Origin: Eledone cirrhosa
Taxonomy: Eukaryota
Direction of reading: 5' to 3'
DNA length: 64,000 bases
Assembly (NCBI GenBank): GCA_964016885.1
Contig: OZ024742.1
Coordinates: 70,680,001-70,744,000 of the forward strand
Shown here one piece after another: positions 12,930 through 26,256 of this stretch (positions are counted from its first letter, which is position 1; every line of letters starts with the position of its first letter). Position numbers and translations under genes: made by a program. The notes beneath the pieces were generated by a model. The model made no database searches. It saw only the letters and a list, made by a program, of their open reading frames with translations, and was not told where the DNA came from.

Positions 12930-15900
12930 CTTTCTGTCTGACGCGTGGAACATCGCCGGTAAGCTTTTTTGTTAATTTCTATACAAAAAACCGAACTAAT
13001 TGTTTGAAAAAACATAACACTTTGTAGATTAACCCCCAAGCTGAATTGTCAGCTGGGTGGTAATCCCATGTTTCGCCCCTGTAGGGGCGAACATTTTATT
13101 TTTAAAATTTGTTTTAAAATATCAGATTTTACAAACTAAATAACTTGAGCAACACAAGAACGCTGGAGAACATTAATAGAGAAAAGAGAGAGAAAGAGGC
13201 AGATATTAACGTTATATCTGCTTCTGCTACTATGGACGTCGCCATAGATACAAGTGTCAACAAAGAGGAAAATATATTAACACTTGAAAATTTTAAAATT
13301 TCTACCGTCGAAGCGGAGAAAAATAACAATAACACACAGGAAAACACAGGAATTAAACCCATTAACATACATACACATGAAAATGACATCAACAACTCTA
13401 CAGATACATATACACATAATGTTTCACCTCAACAAGGAACTGAGATTTCCAACAACGATAACAACAACAACAGCAACACCACACAAAAAAAGAAAATATC
13501 TTTCGCTGAAACAGTGAACAAAAAACAAGATTTTATAAATCTTGATATCTCCAACGCAAGAGATATGCTCCAGCAAGGGAGAAAATTTGTAACTTTCGAA
13601 GAAAGAGGTGGGTTTAGAATTAACTCACCCCTTGAAATAAAGGAAGATACAATCCGCAGATCAGTCACCTTTAGGACTGTGTCAAATTCCACAAGAAAGC
13701 TGACATTTGTTAACCAAGCAGATATAGAAGATACTTTCAAGAAAATTCTAGCAAATGTCGATTTTCTCCAGCGAGAAAAACAGTACGGAAGTGTTTCCGT
13801 ACTGTTTAAAAGCGAGGCACTCACCCAGAAAAACTCTGTGACACCAATGGTGTCAAAAGCATACACCTTTTTCCCTACATACATGGGAAAAAGGACACAA
13901 AAAAATAAAAATAAAAAACATACCTCCAAACATTAACATCTGGTGGATCCTGGCTGGCTTCGTAGAGCCAGAAACTGATATGATACTTTCGATACGAAAA
14001 TCTATTCGACAAAGGTGGGCGGGCACAGATTTGGAGATTCTGTTGCAAATGAAACCGGAGAGAATCTCCAAAATACCCGAAAGAGTCGTTATCGATAATA
14101 ACAACAAAATAAACATTTCCGTAGAAGGACGAAAATTTCATTGCTTTCGCTGTGGTAGCACAGCACACCTAAAAGCCTCTTGTCCACAAACACACAACAA
14201 CAACATCATTAAAAAAATGCTATTGCCAACACCAACACCAAAACAACCACCACCACCACAAGTACAACGACAGATGAAACGAGCAACCACACCAAAACAA
14301 ACAGACACTCAACCAACAACAACAGAAAAAACAGAGACAACACCCCTGAAGAACACAGCCCCACTCCATCCCACTCCATCAAACACTACCACAAACACAC
14401 ACACCGAAACACCACCACCACACAACATACCCTTACCCCACACACCCGACGATGATTATTCATCGACGGATGAAGCTGCTTCTCCTTCTTTAAGTGAAGA
14501 AGAGGGAGAACCGCGGAAAGCTAAAAAACAAAAAAAGAGACACCACAAACCCCCAAAACTCCAATCACCAACACCAACACACAACCACAGACACAAACAA
14601 CAACACAAACAATACCACAGTCAAACATCCTCCTATCAGCAAAACCAGCACCAACACCACCCCAAACACAAGCACCCACCATAAAAAGAAAACCCCCGGA
14701 CGAACAACAAACTAAAACAACACAACAAAAATACAAACAACAATACGCATACATCAACACAAACAACAAGTGTTTGATAGAGGTCATCTCCCAAAACCCC
14801 AAGGTGGAGACGGAGGGCAAAACTTTCGTCAAGGCAGAATCGTCTCCACACCTTAAACTTATAAGGGTTTCTATGGAAACCTATAATGACCTAAAAAATA
14901 AATTTTCACAAAACTGGGCAACCCCTGCCACAACCCATCAACCGCGTCCTGTTAAAATGTTTCCCCACCCCACCTAACACCCCATCCAGCACCCAAATGG
15001 AGATTGTGCAACCCGATCTCCAGGAAACGAAAAGGTAAGTGCACCTTTCGTCCTTTTTCTCCAACCTTTCTTCACCAGCATGGCTAGTTTACGAGTTGGA
15101 ACCGCGAATGTGCGTGGCCTAGGGATGCCCTGGAAACAGGGCCAACTTTTAAACGACCTTAGGTCACACAGTATGGATGTGATAGCCATCACCGAGTCCA
15201 GGATCCACAACAGGTAGCAACTAACCCCCATCTTCGACGACTTTGAGATCTACGCATCTCTCTGTCAGCCAGGAGGTGGAGGTGGAGTGGCTGTCATGTT
15301 TCGGAAGAACCTGGACGTCGGAGTACAGCAAGTAGACTTCGACCCGGAGGGTAGACTGGTAGTCCTAGACGTGAACAGTATCGGAGGTGGAGCCTTCAGA
15401 CTGGTGGCCGTTTATGCCCCGGCCGGGCAATCGCAATCACGGCCAGACTTCTTTAAGCGTCTAGAGTCTTTTCTGGGAACGTCTCGCTCCTTACTTTTAG
15501 TGGGGGACTGGAATGGTATCCTAGATGCACGATGGGACTATGTGGGAGCATGTCCCAGTAGAGCGGGGTGCAACAGCCTCAAAACTTTACTCGGCCAATT
15601 CCAACTGGCCGATAGGTATCGACTGGATTTCCCGACTGCACCACAGTGGACGTGGGCAAACCGCAGTGGGACATCTAGATCGTATTTAGATAGGTTCTTC
15701 ATTAGAGAAAGGGACAAGGAGATGTTAAGCTGTCCACGAATGCACATGGTTGCCTATTCAGATCACAAGTTAGTCGTCTGCTTAGTCAACCGTGATAGAA
15801 TACATAGACAGGGTCCCGGATACTGAAAGCTAAACGTGTCGTTGCCGGCACGTAAAGCTTACAGTGAACGGATAAGTAGACTAATCAAGCAACAGTTAAC

Positions 15901-17910
15901 GGGAGCCATCGTCAACAATAGATGGTGGTACTCTCTCAAGAAAGCAATTAGAATAGTATCGATAGGGTATAGCAGAGAGTTAGCCTTAGAGAAAAACAGA
16001 ATAGAAAGAGAACTAGTAGCCAAGGTAGAGGAGGCACTTAGAAGTGGCAACGCGGCTAGAGTGTTAGCGTCGAGAACGGCACTGGACCAGTTCTTCGATG
16101 CGAAACACGAATGCTGCGTGGTCAGAAGCAAAACATGTGCTCTAGGAAACGAAGGAGCGAAAGCTGTCAGCTGGGCCCGAGTGGCTGAGGCAAAAAGTGG
16201 CAACAAGTCCACGATTCGGTATTTGAAAGACCAAAACGGACGCATGCTACTTGACCCCAAGCAAATGTGCTCGGCCTTTCAGCGGCACTTTGCGCGACTG
16301 TTTGAGCAGAACGACGGTGAGCCGAACGGGGCAATGGACTTTAGTTCATACCTCGATGGCCTGCCGCGTCTCTCGAACACGGATGCCGAGTTCTGCGAAA
16401 GACCGATCAAGGACACTGAGATACGGGACGCTCTGAGCCGCTGCAGGAAACGCAAGTCATCCGGTCTAGATGGTCTACCCTACGAATTCGGTCCAGACCT
16501 CCAGGTGGAGAAAAACTGGAACGAGGTCACGGCCAAGGTGTTTGCACTCACCCAGAAGTGGACAGAGTGAAAAGTGTCCTTGAAAGGTCGAGCGGAGGTG
16601 GCGAACACTTTCATAGCGTCCGTCATCTACTACCCCTTGACTGTCGTGCCTTGTCCCAGTGAACACCTCGCCAAGATGGAACGCATGCTCTTCCAGTTTC
16701 TGTGGAAGAAGCAGGCTCCGCTGGTGAGGAGATCCGTCTGCTGTCAGCACCCTTCCAACGGAGGGCTGGGAATGCCGTGGCTAATGATGCGCAAACATGC
16801 GCTGAGGCTGCGGCATCTCCAAGTATTCCTCACCGACCCCCAACCGGTGTGGGCACCCTTTATGAGACAGGCTTTCCCACAGCTCGTCTCGCTGACGGAG
16901 CTGCAGTCCTGGGTGAAGAAAAGACCGAAAACGATGGGCGCCTGGCACATTGAATGCGCTCAGGCGCTCACATTCCTCTGGCAAGCGGGCGCAGCAATCA
17001 GTGGAGACTCCACTTCGACATTCTATAGAGGGATTGTACGTTACAAGGGCAACGACGTGCTCGGAGAGACTCTGGGCATTGAAGATGATGAGCTCACCAG
17101 TCTGTTTGGTAGGACTTTCCGCCCGGGACCTATGGACAACTTCCAGAGGTCCCTGGCCTGGCAGTGCTACCGAGGAGCTCTACCGGTTCGTGACAAGATC
17201 TACAGGCACGGACGCCCTGGCAGAGATCCTTCCAAGAGGACGTGTCCAAGATGCGCGCAGGACATTGAAATAGTCCTGCACGCAATTGTACATTGCCCGG
17301 GCATAACCGACCTGTGGAACTATGCAGAACAACTGCTGTCGCGTATGGGACAAATCCAGTTGACTGCCGAGTCCATAGTAAGGATCAAACCGCCAGCCTC
17401 TTTCAAAAACGAAAGAGGCGGTTTTCCTCTGTACGGTGGCTATGGTGAAAGAAGTTATATGGTGGACGAGGTTGAGAAGACTGAGGATAGATGCCTTTCT
17501 CTCCGGACAACAATTGATTCCCTTCTTTAAGTATCACTTTAGAAGGAGAATCTGGGTGGAGAGAGAGGCACTGCATCCCAGTAAATTTACTGAATGGTGG
17601 GTGAATGAAGCGAAAATGGCCCGAGTGATTGGGCCTTCTCTGTTTATAAGCCTGTAGGTTGAGGAAGAGAGCAAAAGGAAGAAAGAAGCACTTGCACAAC
17701 ACGCTCCTGGAGTTGAGGGTTGTTCTATCGACGGGGTATTAAACAACCCATTTGTGGCGCCTCCCCCCTATTGGGGATTTCGATTGTTGTAATTGTTTGT
17801 TTTTATATTTTTTACACGACTGTATGTAAAATCCCCGGCATGTCTTTGTATTGTCCCCTTTTCTTGTGCGCCCTTGTGCGCCTAATAAAGAAATATATCT
17901 ATCTATCTAT
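12930..17910 (+). mobile_element. Tx1/L1-clade LINE copy 3 with 5' end, ORF1 and ORF2, RT core internally deleted
   Basis: ORF1 about 13145-15038 with zinc knuckle CFRCGSTAHLKASC. ORF2 runs from ATG 15080 to 17657 and jumps from GLDGLPYEF to GPDLQVEKNW near 16488, removing the QG and YADD motifs present in copy 1. Ends in a (TATC)n tail. Confidence 0.9.
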
Positions 17911-18038
17911 TTCCAACAGGGGGCTCAAACATGGTAGACCAGACTGAAAAAAGAAAATATATATGTGTGTGTGTATAATATATATATATACAATGATATT
18001 AAATAAATGGAAACAATATTTATAAAACCATATTTATT

Positions 18039-18091
18039 CTATTATATATATTTCAAGGGTACCAAAACTTTGGTACGCTATCATCAGATAG
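18039..18091 (-). ncRNA. Minimal type I hammerhead ribozyme, same family as 27509-27574
   Basis: Minus strand CTAT-CTGATGA-TAGCGTACCAA(AGTT)TTGGTACCCTT-GAAA-TATATA-TA-ATAG. The downstream flank matches that of the 27509 copy. Confidence 0.7.
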
Positions 18092-18297
18092 TCTACGACT
18101 TCTGCTATACCATTTACGTTGCATTTATACATTTGTATATATACATGCATTTATATTTATGTTTTGGGGGGTTTTTTTTGGTAAGGAGAAAATTCTGTCT
18201 CCAGATTTTATTACCTAGGAAGATTAAATACCACAGCTCTGGCTGAAAGTTGACCAGGTTCTCAACCTCATCAAACACTAACGCAGGCCTGTGTGTG

Positions 18298-18344
<47 letters not shown>

Positions 18345-18489
18345 ATGTATGTATGTATGTATGTATGTATGTATGTATGTATGTATGTATGTATGTGTGT
18401 ATGTACGTATGCATGTGTGTGTATGTTCGTATGTATGTATATACACCCACACCTTTCATCACCATTGCTTCCTTTTGTTGTCATTTCTG

Positions 18490-19610
18490 TTGAAGTTGTT
18501 CTTGTAACTGTTGTCAAAGTTGACGTCCTTATGTTCATTTTTTTTTTATTTCTTTCGTTTTTTTATCTCCCTAGGGAATTCGTTGACAAGCTTCTTTTAT
18601 TTATTTTCTTCGTTTTCTTCATTCAAATGCATTCACAATGGCTGTCTAAGAGACGTACAAATATGACTTATAAAACTTACCAAACTAAAAAAATAAAGGG
18701 GCTTCCAGCGCCCACAAAGCTTCAAAAAATCCTGCCAAAATCCACCAAATATTGATATTTGGTGGTATATTGGAGATTTTTATCTTTTGAGTCCTTTTTC
18801 CTAGGTAAGTAGGGAAAAAGGTATATTTAGCAGAAGTCACCGGTGTAACGGAATATTTTTGTGCGAGGGCCTCGCTTTTGAGGAGCACCGAAATGCTTCC
18901 ATACTGTTTGGCCCTCTGCATAAAATCAATGTCCGGCAAAGCTTCCTTCGATGTCGTTTCTATTTCCCTTTGACTGAGGAATGCCGGCTTTCTTGTATCA
19001 ATTGATACAAGGAAGTGTTTCAAGGCGGATTTCGGGGGGAGAGTTTATTTTAAACCCACCCTTTTCTTCGAAAGTTACAAATTTCTTTGCTACACTGAGC
19101 ATCTCCCTAACATTAAAGATATCGAGATTTTTGAAACTTGTTTTTCGTTACTGTCTCTGCGAAAGATATTTTTTTGGTCTTGTTGTTGTTGTTGTGGTTA
19201 TAACTTTTTTGGTTTATGGTTGTGGAAATTGTTTCATTATTTGTGGTTTTGATGTGAGTTGCTTGTTTCGCCTTCTTGGCGAAAAAAAACTGTGTTGTCA
19301 CTATTTGTCACCATAGTGACGCCTATGCAGGCAGACGTTGTGGCAACGTTACTCTCTGTCTTTCTCTACTTTCCTCAAGGGAGACTAGCGTTCCTTCTGA
19401 GCTTGCCATTGTTGATAGCAGAATAATTTTTTTTTTTACTTTATCAAATAAAATTTCCGCCCCAGTGGGGCGAAAAATGAGGTTACCCACCAGCTGACAA
19501 TTCAGCCAAGGAGTTAATCTACAAAACAATATATTTTTTCAACAAAAATTCCGGTTTTTTGTATGCAAAATTGACAAAAAACATACCAGCGAAGCAGCGC
19601 AGGTCAAGAC
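18490..19610 (-). mobile_element. Tx1/L1-clade LINE copy 4 (5' UTR plus decayed ORF1 only)
   Basis: 5' UTR is homologous to 12930-13100. ORF1 peptides KKISFAETV, QYGSISVLLKSEALAQK and YTFFPTYLGKRTQK match copy 3. Confidence 0.8.
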
Positions 19611-19622
19611 TATCCGAGATAG

Positions 19623-19821
19623 AAAGATAGCTTATAAAATAGGATGAACAACCTTAAAAGATGGAATTTACCAACGACTGCTAAGGGGAATTGAACCCCA
19701 TGTTTTCCTGATAGTGACTAGATGATATCTGGAAGATATGGGGTTCAATTCCTCATAGCGGTCGTTGGGAAATTATTTTTCCGTCTTTGAAGGGTCTGCA
19801 CCCTATTTTATAAGCAATCTT
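19623..19821. repeat. Imperfect hairpin element of about 200 bp
   Basis: GCTTATAAAATAGG/CCTATTTTATAAGC, CCAACGAC/GTCGTTGG and GGAATTGAACCCCAT/ATGGGGTTCAATTCC pair in nested order. Confidence 0.7.
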
Positions 19822-20479
19822 GGCATAGGTTAAGTTTAACGTCCTCGAAAATGAAACTAGGTTTTCTGACAAGTGAATGTGTTTTTGTTTTTTTTTACAA
19901 TGAAATTTACGATACACTCTTTGTTTATTTACAACAGGTCTCTATAGTGATATGGTGTTAATTAGTATTGCGTGTGTGATTATTTTCTCTTATATATATA
20001 TGTGTGGGTGTGTATATGTGTGTATATATATGTGTGTCTGTATGTATATATATATGTGTGTTTGTATATATATATGTGTTTGTGTCATCATCATCGTTTA
20101 CATGTTTTTACCCAAATCCCTTATCATTCTCTGTCCTTCTTATGACCCGGCCTTAATTTGTTTATAGTTGGTGCCAACTTTGGCAAGATATTACAAAAAC
20201 ATCTAAACGATGATGATGACACAAACACATATATATATACAAACACATATATATATACATACAGACACACATATATATACACACATATACACACCCACAC
20301 ATATATATATAAGAGAAAATAATCACACACGCAATACTAATTAACACCATATCACTATAGAGACCTGTTGTAAATAAACAAAGAGTGTATCGTAAATTTC
20401 ATTGTAAAAAAAAAAAAAACACATTCACTTGTCAGAAAACCTAGTTTCATTTTCGAGGACGTTAAACTTAACCTATGCC
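19822..20479. mobile_element. Mutator-like foldback MITE with long TIRs and a 9-bp TSD
   Basis: Inverted arms of about 285 bp begin GGCATAGGTTAAG and end CTTAACCTATGCC. The direct repeat AGCAATCTT lies at 19813-19821 and 20480-20488. Confidence 0.8.
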
Positions 20480-20592
20480 AGCAATCTTTATAGCATTTCA
20501 GTTCTTGGACACTTTCTTTATACTCGTATAATTAAATATATATAAATGGAATAGAATGAAACGAAATTTCATTTCTCACTCTCAGTACGGCA

Positions 20593-20641
<49 letters not shown>

Positions 20642-20725
20642 AAAAATTGAACGGGAACAAAACAGAGAGGCAGTACGAACAAAGGTTTATTAGTTTCACG
20701 CTCTTGAGAGTGGGGTGGTGGTGGG

Positions 20726-20760
<35 letters not shown>

Positions 20761-20795
20761 AGTATACATACATAAATATATATACTTATATATAT

Positions 20796-20910
<115 letters not shown>

Positions 20911-21931
20911 GTAATAATAATAAATTTGAAGACTAAAATCCAAAGAGGGCTCGATAAGGATAAATATATATCAAATATATAAGAACCGTAGAGCAAATAT
21001 TTATTAAAATAACAGATTAAAGTTTAAGCAAATAATCGCTGCTTTTACCCTTAACTGAATCTTCTGAAATTAACAAAGTCAATCTGTAAACGCAGAAGTG
21101 GATATTTCAAAAAACGTTGCAATCGGAGGAAGACAGGAAGACGATACTTTGGTTCGTGGAAACGTTCCCTGGCAAAGAACGGGAAAAAACGAATATAATA
21201 CGTCATAAATAGGAGCGGTGAAAAACTATTACGCGCAGAGACAGAACCACGTTTATGGTATAAAAGAGGTCGTAGACTAATGTTCTCTTAGGTGGTTCAT
21301 AGAGACGTTCTCTGGCAATGAACGAAAAAAACGAAGATAATTCTGAAGCGGAGATTCATTCGGTCTCCTAGTTAGAATTTTAGTCTACGACTTCTGCTAT
21401 ACCATTTACGTGGTTTTGTCTTTGCGTGCAATTGTTCTCCACGCTCCACATATGACTTATCTTCGTTTTTTTCGTTCATTGCCAGAGAACGTCTCTATGA
21501 ACCACCTAAGAGAACATTAGTCTACGACCTCTTTTATACCATAAACGTGGTTCTGTCTCTGCGCGTAATTGTTTTTCACCGCTCCTATTAATGACGTATT
21601 ATATTCGTTTTTTCCCGCTCTTTGCCAGGGAACGTTTCCACGAACCAAAGTATCGTCTTCCTGTCTTCCTCCGGCTGCAACGTTTTTTTGAAATATCCAC
21701 TTCTGCGTTTACAGATTGATTTTGTTAGTTTCAGAAGATCCCGTTAAGAGTGAAAGCAGCGATTCTTTGCTTAAACTTTAATCTGTTATTTTAATAAATA
21801 TTTGCTCTACGGTTCTTATATATTTGATATATATTTATCCTTATCGAGCCCTCTTTGGATTTTAGTCTTCAAATTTATTATTATTACTATTTGGCTCCCT
21901 CGGTTGAGCACTCTATTGACTTATATTTATC

Positions 21932-24064
21932 ATGCAGAAACAACATCTGAATATTTCTACAAAGAACATACCCGTACCAAGCAGGAAAACATACCTAAAA
22001 CTCCTGATACAGAAAACAGACGCGTTCATTAAAAGGTTGCGTTGGCGTGCCTTTTATTTCGATAATCCGCGAAAAGCAGACAACAAACAGGATAAATTTT
22101 GGTTTAAAACCTATAATAACCCCCCGTGTAACCCAGCATTGCTACCCTTCGAAAATGATGTCTTGGAACTCATACGGAGTATCAAATTTCGGAATAGGAG
22201 CAATTCCTTCCAGCAGAACCTGAAGAATAGAATTCGTTCTATTAAGGATTCTAATGCCGTGCACGTCCATTCCGACAAAACTGGCAACCTATATCAAGTG
22301 GAGCGCAGTACTTACCATCAACTACTACATAATTCTGTAACTAAGGATTACCGTAAAACTAATCGGCGATGCGTCATCAATGAAATCAACGATGCTGGGT
22401 TTAAAATCACATCTGATCTCAACATCCTGGACCGGACCGAACCTCTGGACCCTATTTCTCCCCACTTTACCCTGAAGGATCACAAATCCAATTTTCCGAA
22501 CAACCCCTCTATTCGGCTTATTAACCCTACGAAGTCCGATTTAGGTAGACTTAGTAAAACGATTCTTGATAGAATTATACCTGAAATTAGAAGTTTGGCC
22601 CCTCTTGCACTGTGGAACAATTCTTTCGCGGTGATTGATTGGTCCAACGGCATATGTAACAAGGAACATTGCCGTTTTATCCAATTCGACATCAACAATT
22701 ACTACTCCTCCATCACTTTACCACTTCTCCTTAGAGCTATCAATTTCGCTAAAACACTCACAGTGGTTAAGGATTTCGAAGTTGATGTCATCCTCAATGC
22801 CCGTAAGTCGGTGATTAATTTCGACGACTCTATTTGGATAAAAAAATCCAATAGTACCCCATTCGACGTCAGTATGGGCGCCAGCGATTCTGCGGAGGTT
22901 ACTGATCTTATCGGCCTTTTCCTTCTTTTCTCTATCAAGGACGAATTCCCCAACGCGGGCGGTGGTTTGTACCGTGATGATGGTCTTTTGACCATGACTA
23001 AGTGCGGACCTCGTGCTTGCGACAGGTTCAGAAAAGAACTCACAGCCTTCTTTAAAGGCTTCAACCTCTCTATACAGGTTGAGGCCAATCTCTCGGTCGT
23101 TAATTACCTCGACGTTACCCTCAATTTATCGAATGGGTTGTATTACCCGTATAGAATGCCGAATGATACGCTTAATTACATAAGTAAGCATTCCAACCAT
23201 CCTGCCAGCATAACCAAGAACCTGGTAAGAAACGTTTCGTTGAGGCTTTCCCGTCTATCTATTAACGAGCACATTTTCAACGACCATTCCACTTATTACA
23301 ATGAAGCTCTTGCTCGGAGTGGATTTGTCGATAAGGTAGCATATACAGAGTACGAAAATAGACCTAGAAGAAATAGGTCCCGTCGCATTTGTTGGTATAA
23401 CCCACCATATAATATGGAGGTGGCCACACCATTAGCTAAGATTTTTCTTTCCCTTATTACGAAGCATTTTCCCCCTACACATAAATATAGTAAAATTTTT
23501 AATAGAAATACTATTAAAATTTCTTACTCTACGACTCCTAACCTTGCACATAACATCACAGCTTCAAATTTAGCTAAACTACCTAGCCGTAGGAACACGT
23601 GCAACCCTGTAGTTAGTAATAACTGTAATTGTAGGAATCGGGTTGATTGCCCCCTATCCGGGAAATTCCTCTCTAGTAACATTGTCTACAAATGTAAGGT
23701 TGAAACACCCACGTCCCGTAGGGCCTACATAGGGTTAACCGCCAATAGATTCAAGCAGCGTCTTTACATGCATACCCATTCTTTTCGTTACCCTCTAAGA
23801 ATGAATATGACGTCACTTTCAGCTTATATCTGGAGTCTAAAGGACAACCACACCCAATATAAGTTACACTGGAAGATCCTAGCTAGGGCTAGATCGTATA
23901 ACGGAAATGAAAGACCATGTGACCTCTGCGCCGCTGAGGCCCTGGAAATACTCTACGCCACAGACCACATCTTAAACAAAAAATCTGAGGCAATTTCGGC
24001 TTGTAAACATAAATTGCACAAAACTTTCCTGTATTACAGCCCCACGTTATACCCTAACAGATAG
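21932..24064 (+). CDS. PLE reverse transcriptase-GIY-YIG endonuclease polyprotein, 710 aa (C-terminal EN, possibly Nematis-type)
   Basis: Uninterrupted ATG-initiated ORF. RT motifs QFDINNYYSSI, VSMGASDS, LYRDDG and NYLDVT; linker CNCRNRVDCPLSG; GIY-YIG motifs IVY...YIGLT...FKQR; terminal CDLC...CKH. Confidence 0.9.
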   Translation: MQKQHLNISTKNIPVPSRKTYLKLLIQKTDAFIKRLRWRAFYFDNPRKADNKQDKFWFKTYNNPPCNPALLPFENDVLELIRSIKFRNRSNSFQQNLKNRIRSIKDSNAVHVHSDKTGNLYQVERSTYHQLLHNSVTKDYRKTNRRCVINEINDAGFKITSDLNILDRTEPLDPISPHFTLKDHKSNFPNNPSIRLINPTKSDLGRLSKTILDRIIPEIRSLAPLALWNNSFAVIDWSNGICNKEHCRFIQFDINNYYSSITLPLLLRAINFAKTLTVVKDFEVDVILNARKSVINFDDSIWIKKSNSTPFDVSMGASDSAEVTDLIGLFLLFSIKDEFPNAGGGLYRDDGLLTMTKCGPRACDRFRKELTAFFKGFNLSIQVEANLSVVNYLDVTLNLSNGLYYPYRMPNDTLNYISKHSNHPASITKNLVRNVSLRLSRLSINEHIFNDHSTYYNEALARSGFVDKVAYTEYENRPRRNRSRRICWYNPPYNMEVATPLAKIFLSLITKHFPPTHKYSKIFNRNTIKISYSTTPNLAHNITASNLAKLPSRRNTCNPVVSNNCNCRNRVDCPLSGKFLSSNIVYKCKVETPTSRRAYIGLTANRFKQRLYMHTHSFRYPLRMNMTSLSAYIWSLKDNHTQYKLHWKILARARSYNGNERPCDLCAAEALEILYATDHILNKKSEAISACKHKLHKTFLYYSPTLYPNR

Positions 24065-24994
24065 TACGATCTATACGTGGATATTTTACGTCTTGATGTG
24101 GTAGCTAAGTATATGTTTTGTTTATACCATTACTTATTTACATAGGTAAGTATATATTACCTGTATGTTTTGTAAAGGTACGTATACTTTCTCGTACGTA
24201 TATTTTATTGTATATATTATGGCGTATAATTTTATATATTCTGGTACATATGGTTTGGTTATGTGTATACGGGAGTTTTGCGTCTGTGTGAGTATGCAGG
24301 TTCGTACGTATGTAGGGTGTGTATATGTGTACTTCATGTTTTGGTTGACTTACGTCTCCAAACATTTGTGTATGTACATGTAGGTATGTGTGTGCGCTTG
24401 TTATATACGTATTTATTTATTTATATACGTTTATTTAATTATCTATTTATTTGTATACACGCGCACACACACACACACATTTATATGTGCGTGGTTTTGT
24501 ATACCTATGGTAAGTGTTTTCGCGTATGCTTATGTATGTACGTATTTGTATGCGTGTATGTATTTATTTAATTTCTATTACCTCTGTATTGTATTTATTT
24601 ACTTTATTCTTAACTCTGAAGCGGAGATTCATTCGGTCTCCTAGTTAGAATTTTAGTCTACGGCTTCTGCTATACCATTTACGTGGTTTTGTCTTTGCGT
24701 GCAATTGTTCTCCACGCTACACATATGACGTATTATCTTCGTTTTTTTCGTTCATTGCCAGAGAACGTCTCTATGAACCACCTAAGAGAACATTAGTCTA
24801 CGACCTCTTTTATACCATAAACATGGTTCTGTCTCTGCGCGTAATTGTTTTTCACCGCTCCTATTAATGACGTATTATATTCGTTTTTTCCCGTTAAAGA
24901 ACGTTTCCACGAACCAAAGTATCGTCTTCCTGTCTTCTTCCTGTTGCAACGTTTTTTGAAATATCCACTTCTGCGTTTACAGATTGACTTTGTT

Positions 24995-25045
24995 AGTTTC
25001 AGAAGATCCCGTTGAGGGTGAAAGCAGCGATTCTTTGCTTAAACT
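24995..25045 (+). ncRNA. Non-canonical hammerhead-like motif in the PLE1 pseudo-LTR (also 21727-21777 on +, degenerate at 21021-21071 on -)
   Basis: AGTTT-CAGAAGA-T-CCC(GTTGA)GGG-T-GAAA-GCA(GCGATTCTT)TGC-TT-AAACT. All three stems form, but the core is CAGAAGA rather than CTGANGA. Confidence 0.55.
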
Positions 25046-25061
25046 TTAATCTGTTATTTTA

Positions 25062-26256
<1,195 letters not shown>

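Noticed and set aside
15035-15078. GTAAGT...pyrimidine tract...CAG between Tx1 ORF1 and ORF2 as a fusing intron
   Set aside because: Only 44 nt, the AG is AA in copy 1, and the TAA is adequately explained as the ORF1 stop.
15824-15826. TGA at a Trp codon in Tx1 copy 3 as recoding
   Set aside because: Copy 1 has TGG here and copy 3 has several other stops, so this is ordinary decay.
24607-24650. CTGAAGC plus hairpin at the PLE1 pLTR start as a hammerhead
   Set aside because: Two helices can form but GAAA and stem III are absent.
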